From: Oscillospiraceae bacterium
GTDB lineage: Bacteria > Bacillota > Clostridia > Oscillospirales > CAG-272
Assembly: GCA_015065215.1 (NCBI GenBank)
Contig: SVQT01000002.1
Location: forward strand, 29,595-93,594
Direction: 5' to 3'
Length of the DNA: 64,000 bases
The translations under genes were made by a program, and so were the position numbers. The notes beneath the pieces were generated by a model. It searched no databases. It was not told where the DNA came from and saw only the letters and a program-made list of their open reading frames with translations. Shown here piece after piece: positions 25,965-34,128 of the stretch. The first letter of the stretch is position 1. Every line of letters starts with the position of its first letter.

Positions 25965-26860
25965 GAAAAACACGTATTTTACTTGTTTCGGATGTGCATT
26001 ATACCACCGAGGAGACGGCCAAGCAGTTAAAGGAGAAATATCCGCAGTCCAACGCTTCGCAGGCCAACGGGCCCATTCTTGGCTATACGCAAAAGCAGCG
26101 GATGGATTTTCTTGTGCAGGCTGTTTTAAAAGAGCATGAAAAACAGCCTTTAGACGCAATTTTGATGCCAGGCGACCTGTCGGTTGACGATTACGATTTT
26201 CGCAACCTGCCTTACAATTATTGTGAGAAATTCCGGAATGAGGTCATGGCAAAATTTCCGGTGCCCACGTATGTGCAGCCGGGCAATCACGATAGCTACA
26301 CCACCGAGCAGTGGAAAACCATGTTTGGCACGCCCCGTCAGTTTTCGGCGGTGATCGGCGGCTCACTCTTTTTGATGGCGGATACCTACAATGCCCCAAC
26401 GAACGGGGCTTCCGGCTCTCCGTACACCCCATTTGACATCGCGTGGGCAAAGGCAGAAATGGCCAGGCACCCCGATTTGCCGGTTTTTATCACCGCACAT
26501 TACATCCATTGGCGGCGGGAGGGGGAGCCCTTTGCCGCGTTCCTGCGTGAAAACCCGCGTGTAAAGGCTTTGTTTGTGGGGCACAGTCACCGCTTTGAAA
26601 CGGTTCGCATGGGCGAGGCCTACAACAACCGTTCGATGTATGATATTGGCGCTTTTTCCTATTACACCAAGCCTACCAACGGCAAGTGGGATTTCAATAT
26701 CTTCCACCAGGACTGGCGCTGGGGCTATCAGCTATTGGAATTTGATGACAAGACCTTTAAAACCTGGCACGTGTCGCCTGCTATGACCTATCACGGGCAC
26801 AACGGGAACTTCGAGCTATTCTATGACGAAACGGTTGCCGACGAGGAGCCGATTACATAA
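25961..26860 (+). CDS. calcineurin-type metallophosphoesterase (copy 2)
   Basis: SDVHYT, PGDLS, PGNHDS, TAHY and GHSHR. Its ATG overlaps the glycosylase stop (ATGA). Confidence 0.82.
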   Translation: MRKTRILLVSDVHYTTEETAKQLKEKYPQSNASQANGPILGYTQKQRMDFLVQAVLKEHEKQPLDAILMPGDLSVDDYDFRNLPYNYCEKFRNEVMAKFPVPTYVQPGNHDSYTTEQWKTMFGTPRQFSAVIGGSLFLMADTYNAPTNGASGSPYTPFDIAWAKAEMARHPDLPVFITAHYIHWRREGEPFAAFLRENPRVKALFVGHSHRFETVRMGEAYNNRSMYDIGAFSYYTKPTNGKWDFNIFHQDWRWGYQLLEFDDKTFKTWHVSPAMTYHGHNGNFELFYDETVADEEPIT

Positions 26861-26906
26861 AAAGCCGTCAGACGGTATCAAAAAACGACAACAGGAGGAT
26901 CAAGTA

Positions 26907-27869
26907 ATGAAAAAATATCTGTTGCCCGAGGGCGGGCAGTTTTATAAGGTGAATATGCACAGCCACAGCACCCTGTCGGATGGCCGTCAGACCCCGGAGG
27001 AATTGAAAGAGGCGTATTTGAAAATGGGCTATTCCGCCATTGCTTTTACCGAGCATGGGCAGCTGCACGATCTGAATCATCTGACCGATGAGCACTTCGT
27101 CGCTATCAAATCCTATGAGATCGACTTTTTGCAAAAGGCACATCCCGCTTTTTCCGCATATGAGGGGGAGGTGCAGGCCTTCGACCACGCCGAGGCGGTA
27201 CACATGAACTTTTATGCCAAGCACCCCGACATCACCGAGCGGGTGCACAAGACCCCCATCAAGGAGTTTAAGATCGAGAACTTCAACCAGGCGATTCGAC
27301 TGGCCAAGGAGCTGGGCTACCTGACCGTTTACAATCATCCCAACTGGTCGCTGAACACCTGGCCGCTTTATTCCAAGCTGGAGGGGCTGGACGGTATCGA
27401 GATCATCAACGGTGCCTCTCAGCGCGCCTCGGATATCGACTACGCCCCCTGCGTTTACGATCAGATGGCGCGCGCGGGCAAGCGGATGATCTGTGTGGGC
27501 GGCGATGACAACCACAACGTGCAGCATTTTGGTACTGCATGGACGATGGTCAAGGCACCCGCGCTTTCCTATGCCGCCCTGATGGAGAATCTGGAGGCGG
27601 GCAACTGTTACGCCTCTGATGGTCCCGAGATCACCGAGCTGTATATGGAGGGGGACACGGTGCACGTGCGCTGCTCTGAGGCGAAGGGTGTGTTCCTCAC
27701 CACCGCAGGCCGCCGCAAGAGCGCGGTCCTTTCCGAGGGGGATGACCCCCTTGTGACCAAGGCGTCCTTTAAGCTAAGGCCGGAGGACTACTTCTTCCGC
27801 ATCACGGTACGGGATGCCGCAGGCAAGCATGCCAATAGCCGCTTCTACTATCTGGATGAGTTGAACTAA
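26907..27869 (+). CDS. PHP-domain metal-dependent phosphoesterase (copy 2)
   Basis: NMHSHSTLSDG, AFTEH, YNHP and GDDNH. RBS is AGGAGG. It is co-linear with copy 1 from MKKYLLPEGGQFYK to YYLDELN. Confidence 0.82.
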   Translation: MKKYLLPEGGQFYKVNMHSHSTLSDGRQTPEELKEAYLKMGYSAIAFTEHGQLHDLNHLTDEHFVAIKSYEIDFLQKAHPAFSAYEGEVQAFDHAEAVHMNFYAKHPDITERVHKTPIKEFKIENFNQAIRLAKELGYLTVYNHPNWSLNTWPLYSKLEGLDGIEIINGASQRASDIDYAPCVYDQMARAGKRMICVGGDDNHNVQHFGTAWTMVKAPALSYAALMENLEAGNCYASDGPEITELYMEGDTVHVRCSEAKGVFLTTAGRRKSAVLSEGDDPLVTKASFKLRPEDYFFRITVRDAAGKHANSRFYYLDELN

Positions 27870-27871
27870 AG

Positions 27872-27903
27872 AAAAACGCTCGGCGCAGCCGAGCGTTTTT
27901 CTT
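27872..27903. terminator. bidirectional intrinsic terminator
   Basis: AAAAACGCTCGGC GCA GCCGAGCGTTTTT. Confidence 0.85.
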
Positions 27904-28070
27904 TAGTGTTCGCCTTCAAAATTCCCCAACATGCCGTGCTCGGGATCAAAATTCCCCAGCGACATTTCGGTGTGGGCACGGTTCGGTACAGGGGGATCCG
28001 GAATCTCAAATTCCGGCACGTAGGGCGCCTCGATCTCGGGGCGCTTTTCCTTTTTCTTGGGATCGGTCAT
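27903..28070 (-). CDS. small hypothetical protein (55 aa; 57 aa if started at 28076)
   Basis: My own translation: M(KM)TDPKKKEKRPEIEAPYVPEFEIPDPPVPNRAHTEMSLGNFDPEHGMLGNFEGEH. GAGGTG lies 6 nt before ATG 28070, and third codon positions are GC-rich. The gene is not in the track. Confidence 0.4.
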   Translation of the reverse strand: MTDPKKKEKRPEIEAPYVPEFEIPDPPVPNRAHTEMSLGNFDPEHGMLGNFEGEH

Positions 28071-28337
28071 TTTCATCACCTCGCCCTTTATTCTGTACCG
28101 TTTGGGGGGATATTATGCAAAAGGGCTGCGTCATGAGCCCGAACAAAAATACACGAAAAAGAATAGAACAAGCCGCCCTGCCATCAAAAAAGTGATGGTG
28201 AAGCGGCTTTTCGGTAGAAATTCTAGCGAATTTCATTTTTTTATGTGTGTTTTTTAGTTGGGCTCTCGGCACTCGATGTATATGATACGCCTATCGTACC
28301 GAGATCACAACTGCTGTATCTCATGACTCAGCCTCTT

Positions 28338-29471
28338 TTAAACACTGTAGGTGGTCTCCTTGGCTTTGGAAAGGTCTACGTCACCAAGATATTGCTTGCT
28401 GTCAAGCCCCAGGTCACGGCAGATGTTCACCATCTCCAGAACCGTGCTGATGTCTACATTGATGCCCTCGCGCAGGTGCTTTTCCTTGGCGTACATTTCC
28501 TTTTCGCCGTGGGTGTAGATCGGCACATTCTCGTCGGCGCGCTTGGCGTCACGCAGCTCCTGCAAAAAGGTGGAGAGGTGAGCCTTGATCTCCTCAGCAT
28601 CACCGAAGATCTTGGGATCAATCACGATAAAGGCATGGCAGGTGCCGGCGCTCTGGCCCGGCTTGCGCACATGATGGTTGGAGGTGGAGCCGCCCGAGGT
28701 GATCGAGCAGAGCAGCTCACAGATCATGCTATAGCCGTAGCCCTTATGGCTGCCGGAGTCCTCGCTGATGCCGCCCACCGGCAGAATACCGCCAACGCCC
28801 TTTTTACCGTCGATGCAGGCGAGCACCGCTTTGGCCTCGTGGCACTCCTTTCCGTTTTCATCGGTGGCCCAGCCGTCGTGCAGGGGCTTGTCAGCCTTGT
28901 GATAAACCTCCAGCTTGCCCTTGGGGATCACTGTGGTGGCGGCGTCAAACCAGAAGGGGTAAGGCTCGGCGGGCATGGCGAAGGCGATGGGATTAGAGCC
29001 GAGGATCGCCTGCTTGGAGTTGGTGTGGACCATGATCGACTCGGAGTTGGTGACGCACATAGCCATCAGCCCCTGATCGCAGGCCATTTTGGTGTAGTAG
29101 CCGGCAATGCCGTAGTGGTTGGAGTTGCGCACCGTTACGAATGCCATGCCGACATTCTTTGCCTTCTCGATCGCCTTGTTCATGGCAAAGATGGAGGTCA
29201 GCTGACCCATGGCTGCGTTGGCGTCAATGACAGCCGACACCGGCGTTTCAAATACGATCTGGGGCTTGGCGTCTGTCTTCACGCAGCCGCTCATGATGGA
29301 TTTGTGATAGCGCACCAGACGCTGGGTACCGTGCGACTGCACACCGTAAAGATCGGCCAGCAGCAATACGTCGGTGATTTGCTCCGCTTCCTTTCGGGTG
29401 AAGCCGAACTTTTCAAAAATATCCTCGCAAAAGGTTTTCAGGGTTTCTACACTGTAATTTACGTAGCTCAT
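28338..29471 (-). CDS. Ldh_2-family (malate/L-lactate/sulfolactate-type) dehydrogenase
   Basis: NSNHYGIAGYY and HKGYGYS blocks. Start is ATG 29471 after AAGGAGAA. Confidence 0.8.
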   Translation of the reverse strand: MSYVNYSVETLKTFCEDIFEKFGFTRKEAEQITDVLLLADLYGVQSHGTQRLVRYHKSIMSGCVKTDAKPQIVFETPVSAVIDANAAMGQLTSIFAMNKAIEKAKNVGMAFVTVRNSNHYGIAGYYTKMACDQGLMAMCVTNSESIMVHTNSKQAILGSNPIAFAMPAEPYPFWFDAATTVIPKGKLEVYHKADKPLHDGWATDENGKECHEAKAVLACIDGKKGVGGILPVGGISEDSGSHKGYGYSMICELLCSITSGGSTSNHHVRKPGQSAGTCHAFIVIDPKIFGDAEEIKAHLSTFLQELRDAKRADENVPIYTHGEKEMYAKEKHLREGINVDISTVLEMVNICRDLGLDSKQYLGDVDLSKAKETTYSV

Positions 29472-29484
29472 CGTTTTCTCCTTT

Positions 29485-30948
29485 TTAAGCAAGCGTGATC
29501 TCTACCGCGGCAACGGCGGCGGGGGGCAGGGTGATACGGTTGCCCTCGACGGTGACATCCTTCACGGTAAACACATCGGTGTTGACAGGGGTGATCTCGG
29601 TGGCGGGATTTTCCGCGATATAGTGCATTTCGGCGCTTGCCACAGCAGCGCCGCCAAGCTCCAGCTCGATCTCCTGGGCATATTTCATGTCGGTGTTGGC
29701 CAGGTGCAGGAAGATCGTCTTATCGGTGGCAGAGGCCACCGCGTCCACGGCGCCCTTGTAGCTGAGATCCAGCGCGTGCTTGCCCTGGTATTTGCCAAAC
29801 AGCGACATGACCGCGCCAACCGGCTGTAAATAGGGCTTGCCGGCGCGGATGGGCGTGGGGATCATCAAGGCGTTGACCTGCCAGACGTTGCCGAAAAAGT
29901 CTGCCATGGTGGCGATCTCCAGCACATCGCTGTGGCGCATGATGGTATTCAGGCACCTGGCGTAGGCCACGCCGGCGCCCCAGGAGGAAAGCACCTCGTT
30001 GCGGTTACGGCCGGGCAGGGCAAAATGCCCCTCGGTCATCGCCAGGTGCTTGCTGCCGCAATCGGCACGCATCATCGAAATATGCGCGTCCAGCGACTTG
30101 TAGGCGTGCATCAGATGGATCCAGGTACACTCGTAATTGTCACGGTAGGCGGTGCCGGTGAGGGGAGAGTTCTCCAGACCGGAGCCGAAGTGGTGGTGGA
30201 AGGCGATCATGTCGATGCCGTCAGCCTCACTCATCTTTTTACACCAGTTTGCGCCGTCATGGGCGGTCTTGTTGTCGCCCCAGCCGATCAGCTTGATGGT
30301 GGGATCGGATCTTCTCATTGCCTCGGCAAAGCGCTGGGTGGTCTCGTAGCACTGATCCGCGGTGAAGCCGTAGTGCCGCTCGGTATTGCGGTAGCCCACG
30401 GTGCGGTAGCAGGTCTCGTTGCCCACCTGCCAGTATTTTACGTTAAAGGGTCGCTCGGCACCGTTTTGGATGCGCAGCGCGTTATCGGGGTTATTGCAAT
30501 AATCCACCCACGCGGCGGCTTCTTCGGCGGTACCCATGCGAACGGTATCGTTTTTCGGGCGCTGCCAGAAGTCCAGGCCCTCAGATTCCATATTGGCCAC
30601 GATCAGCGGCTCGGCGTTTACCTGACGGCAAAAATCCAGAAACTCGTGAGTGCCCACACGGTTGTGGTAAAGACCGCTCCAGGCGTAGTTGACCATCGGC
30701 ACACGGCTCTCCATCGGGCCGATCGCTTCCTTCCAATGATAATAGGAGGCAAAGCAGCCGCCAAAGCGGACCATGGTAGGTGCCAGCTCCCGTACCTTGT
30801 CAATAACCTCGGGGAACCATTCGTTCTCCACAAAATCCCAGGCGGCGTCGACCGAGGTATCGGCCACCCCCAGCGGCTCCATAAACTGCATATAGAGATA
30901 GGGGGAAATGACGTGCTTTTTTTCGGTGTTGATCTTTAGTGTAAACAT
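29485..30948 (-). CDS. alpha-L-arabinofuranosidase (GH51)
   Basis: GH51 pattern: MVRFGGCFASYYHWKEAIGP plus the acid/base motif YWQVGNE. Start is ATG 30948, 10 nt after AAGGAGG. Confidence 0.85.
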   Translation of the reverse strand: MFTLKINTEKKHVISPYLYMQFMEPLGVADTSVDAAWDFVENEWFPEVIDKVRELAPTMVRFGGCFASYYHWKEAIGPMESRVPMVNYAWSGLYHNRVGTHEFLDFCRQVNAEPLIVANMESEGLDFWQRPKNDTVRMGTAEEAAAWVDYCNNPDNALRIQNGAERPFNVKYWQVGNETCYRTVGYRNTERHYGFTADQCYETTQRFAEAMRRSDPTIKLIGWGDNKTAHDGANWCKKMSEADGIDMIAFHHHFGSGLENSPLTGTAYRDNYECTWIHLMHAYKSLDAHISMMRADCGSKHLAMTEGHFALPGRNRNEVLSSWGAGVAYARCLNTIMRHSDVLEIATMADFFGNVWQVNALMIPTPIRAGKPYLQPVGAVMSLFGKYQGKHALDLSYKGAVDAVASATDKTIFLHLANTDMKYAQEIELELGGAAVASAEMHYIAENPATEITPVNTDVFTVKDVTVEGNRITLPPAAVAAVEITLA

Positions 30949-31102
30949 AAGAAACATGCCTCCTTCCGCTTTGCTTTCATTCTACAACCAAATCCTGCTG
31001 TTTTCAATCCAAAAGTCAGACCTTTTCACAGTAAAAATGTCCGAATTTTAAAGTTTTTCAAATTGACTTGATTTTTTTGCCGCGACATGCTACACTAAAG
31101 GC

Positions 31103-31966
31103 ATGGAAAATATAGAAAAGAAGCCCTTGTTCTACCCGGTTGAGGTAGGGGGCATGAAATGCAAGGTCTTTGTGGTGGGCAGCGGCCCCCGGATCAAAAA
31201 GCACGCGCAAACAGAAAGTGACCCCAGCTATGTAAGGGGCACACACACGCATTTTACTTATGAAGTGTTTTTTGTAACCGAGGGGCATTTGCAAATCGTC
31301 ACCCGAGATTTTACCAAGACCTATGAAAAAGAGATTGTTATTATCCCGCCGCGCTTTCAGCATCACTCCTTGCCGGATAGCGACGGGAGCTTTTGCCTGC
31401 TTTTCGCGCCTGAGGAGGGGACAAAGGCCGAAACGGTATTGAAAAGCCGCATTGGCGAGGAGATTTGCCGCATGCCGCTGGAGGAGGACATCGCCTTTTA
31501 TATCGACCGCTTGACGCGGCGCAGAGCAGAGAATACGTCCACCGCCCAGCGGGATGCGGAGCTACTCGTTGCGTTGATTTTCAATCGCGTTTTTGCTCAT
31601 TTGCTGCCCGCCGATGCCGAAAAGAGAGGAAAGGCGGTTACCGCTGAGCACATCAACGAGATCGAGCATTATATCAACCATCACCTGTCCGAAAAAATTA
31701 CGCTCAGTGACCTGGCCGGCAGAGTATATCTTAGCACCAAGCAGGTGGCGCGTATTATTGAGCGGGCTTACGGCTGCACTTTTTCTGAGCTTTTGACCGA
31801 TAAGCGTCTTGCCGCCGCCGAAATGATGTTAAAGAACACCGATATGAAGATTGCCGAAATTGCCGCCACCTTTTGCACCTCTGAGGCTTATTTCTTTGTG
31901 CTTTTCAAGAAAAAGTACGGCATTTCGCCGCTGAAATTCCGCAAGGAAAGCCGCAACTCGGTATGA
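31103..31966 (+). CDS. AraC-family transcriptional regulator
   Basis: Cupin-like N-terminal half with a C-terminal HTH_18 (LSDLAGRVYLSTKQVARIIERAYGCTFSELLTDKRLAAAEMML...YGISPLKFR). Confidence 0.9.
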   Translation: MENIEKKPLFYPVEVGGMKCKVFVVGSGPRIKKHAQTESDPSYVRGTHTHFTYEVFFVTEGHLQIVTRDFTKTYEKEIVIIPPRFQHHSLPDSDGSFCLLFAPEEGTKAETVLKSRIGEEICRMPLEEDIAFYIDRLTRRRAENTSTAQRDAELLVALIFNRVFAHLLPADAEKRGKAVTAEHINEIEHYINHHLSEKITLSDLAGRVYLSTKQVARIIERAYGCTFSELLTDKRLAAAEMMLKNTDMKIAEIAATFCTSEAYFFVLFKKKYGISPLKFRKESRNSV

Positions 31967-32039
31967 CGGAGCGGGGGAGTGCGACCGGCAAAAAAGAGCA
32001 TACTATACTGAAACGTGATTTTGACAAGGAGGACTTGCT

Positions 32040-33125
32040 ATGTGTAATATTGCAGGCTATACCGGCAACCGTGCCGCCGCGCCCATTCTGATTGATATGC
32101 TGCGGCGAGAGCAGTTCATTGACGGGGGACAGAGCACGGGTATTGCTACCATTCATCAGGGTAAGCTGTATACCGCTAAGGTATTGGGAGATGTAGATGA
32201 GCTGCTTCGCGCCACCGACGCGCTGCGTTTTCCGGGTACCACTGGCATCATTCATTCCCGTCCCACCGGCAATCTGCAATCTCATGCCCATCCCTTTACC
32301 AGTGAGGATGGCAAGTGCGCCTTGGTGCTCAACGGTACCCTGCGGGATGTGAATACACCGGAATTTTATCAGAGATCCAACCAGATCATGCAAGGCTTTG
32401 TGGATAGGGGCTTTACCGTAAAAAGCGCATATGAGAGCCAGAGCAAGAAAAGCCAGCTGGCGCTGTCCAACGGGATGCGCTATCACGACTCCGAGGTCTA
32501 TGCGCTGATGATCGGCGATATGGTTGCCAAAGCGGGCGGCGCTACAAAAGAGCGTATGCTGGACGCGATGACCGATGCCATCTCTGCCCTCCCGGCCGAT
32601 ATTGTTGTGCTGAGCGTGCACGCGGACCTGCCGGACACCGTCACCGTCGGTGATGTGACCCGCCCGATGCACGCGGGCACGGTGGGGGAGGAGACCTATC
32701 TTGCTACCACGCCGCTGGCCTTTCCCGAGGACATTGCGTTTTCTCATATCGTGCAGCTGCCGCCCGCCTCGATCTGTCAGGCGACCCCCGGTACCTTTAC
32801 CGTGACCGGCAAGCAGATCGACGGCGTGCGCGTGGAGCAGATCGACTACCGCGTCGCGCATGAGATTTATGCGCGCATGGAAAAGCTGCTCAAAGGGCAG
32901 AAGGATAACCCCAAATCGCTTTACGATGTGCCTTGCTTTGAGGCATGGCGAGATGTATGGTCAGAGCCCCTTGTGGATTGCAAATACGCCAAAGAGGGCG
33001 GTTTGCTCAAGCCCTATGCCACCGTCCTTTATGACGCTTTGTGGAGCTTTCATCAAAAAGGGCGCTTGCATAGCGTTTTGGGGGAACGGAAAGGAAAGCC
33101 GATCGTCAAATTCTGGATTGATTGA
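32040..33125 (+). CDS. class-II (Ntn) glutamine amidotransferase-domain protein with an unassigned C-terminal half
   Basis: N-terminal MCNIAGYTG places the Cys nucleophile directly after Met, and GIIHSR is present. No SIS or synthase domain is recognisable. Confidence 0.65.
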   Translation: MCNIAGYTGNRAAAPILIDMLRREQFIDGGQSTGIATIHQGKLYTAKVLGDVDELLRATDALRFPGTTGIIHSRPTGNLQSHAHPFTSEDGKCALVLNGTLRDVNTPEFYQRSNQIMQGFVDRGFTVKSAYESQSKKSQLALSNGMRYHDSEVYALMIGDMVAKAGGATKERMLDAMTDAISALPADIVVLSVHADLPDTVTVGDVTRPMHAGTVGEETYLATTPLAFPEDIAFSHIVQLPPASICQATPGTFTVTGKQIDGVRVEQIDYRVAHEIYARMEKLLKGQKDNPKSLYDVPCFEAWRDVWSEPLVDCKYAKEGGLLKPYATVLYDALWSFHQKGRLHSVLGERKGKPIVKFWID

Positions 33126-33198
33126 CATCGCCATTGATATAGGGGCTTCACATGAGCGCCGAACAAAAACCATACGAAAAAGCATAAATAAAGCTCTA

Positions 33199-33570
33199 TT
33201 ACAAGTGATAGCGGTTCTTTTGGGGGCGAAAGAGGCTCATAGAACCCGCGGCGATCAACAAAAAGCCGAACAGGCGCCGTAAAAGCCCCTCGGAGATGGC
33301 GTGGGCCAATACCGAGCCCAGATAACTGCCAAGAACGCCGCCCGGCAGTAGCAAAAGGATACACCCGAAAAGCAAAGGGGTGCGCAACAAATGCACCGTG
33401 AGCGCGGCACCTGAGGAAAAGAGAAAAAAGACAAGGTTCAATCCCTGCGCCACCAATTGGGGCGCTTGCAGTACGGCGGTAAGAAAAACCACCAAAAGCC
33501 CGGCACTGCCAACGCCCAGACCTGATAGAATAGCCACCCCAAAGGCGACAAATGCCAATAGCCACATCAT
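33199..33570 (-). CDS. TauE/SafE-family anion exporter, C-terminal half
   Basis: 4-TM half-size ORF. Its ATG lies 1 nt after the stop of the N-terminal half and in a different frame. Confidence 0.6.
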   Translation of the reverse strand: MMWLLAFVAFGVAILSGLGVGSAGLLVVFLTAVLQAPQLVAQGLNLVFFLFSSGAALTVHLLRTPLLFGCILLLLPGGVLGSYLGSVLAHAISEGLLRRLFGFLLIAAGSMSLFRPQKNRYHL

Positions 33571-33571
33571 C

Positions 33572-33946
33572 TCACACCACCAAGATGATGCCGGAGATCA
33601 GTACAACGGCGGCAAAAATGCGGGAAAGGATGCGGGGAGAGATCCGCCGCAGTAAAAAGGCGCCGGTGACGCCACCGACAATGGCTGGAAAAATGAGCCA
33701 CCCTAAGGTGTTTACATTTAAGCTTCCCTGGCGAAAATAATGAATGGCCGAAAGGCAGGAAAGGGGCAGTGTAACCGCGATGGCAGTGGCAAAGATGGAA
33801 CGCTTGTCCACCGGCGTGTTCCTGAACATCTTTGACAGGCCATATACCAAGACGATGCCGCCGCCGGCGCCCAGCAGACCGTTTAGAAATCCGGCACAGG
33901 CACCCAGCAGCAAGAGCGGAAAAATTTGAGAAAAAAAGAATTTCAT
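33572..33946 (-). CDS. TauE/SafE-family anion exporter, N-terminal half
   Basis: 4-TM half (GACAGFLNGLLGAGGGIV). Start is ATG 33946 after GGAGGAG. Confidence 0.6.
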   Translation of the reverse strand: MKFFFSQIFPLLLLGACAGFLNGLLGAGGGIVLVYGLSKMFRNTPVDKRSIFATAIAVTLPLSCLSAIHYFRQGSLNVNTLGWLIFPAIVGGVTGAFLLRRISPRILSRIFAAVVLISGIILVV

Positions 33947-34128
33947 GGGCTCCTCCAAAATATCAAGTCCTTGAAAATGTTAAAATCAGTTCTTGTATAA
34001 GATTAAATAAAATGCTATACTATAATATAGATATGTGTTTATTGAGATATTTTGTGTTTGCTTAGTATATGCAGGAATGGCGCCGTCAATCGCTTGACGG
34101 CGATGGATTTTTTTGAAAGGATGGCAAA

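Noticed and set aside
26862-26877. Resemblance of GCCGTCAGACGGTA to the Neisseria DNA uptake sequence (TTCAGACGGC)
   Set aside because: The match is partial, the phylum is unrelated and only one copy has this form. I treated it as coincidence.
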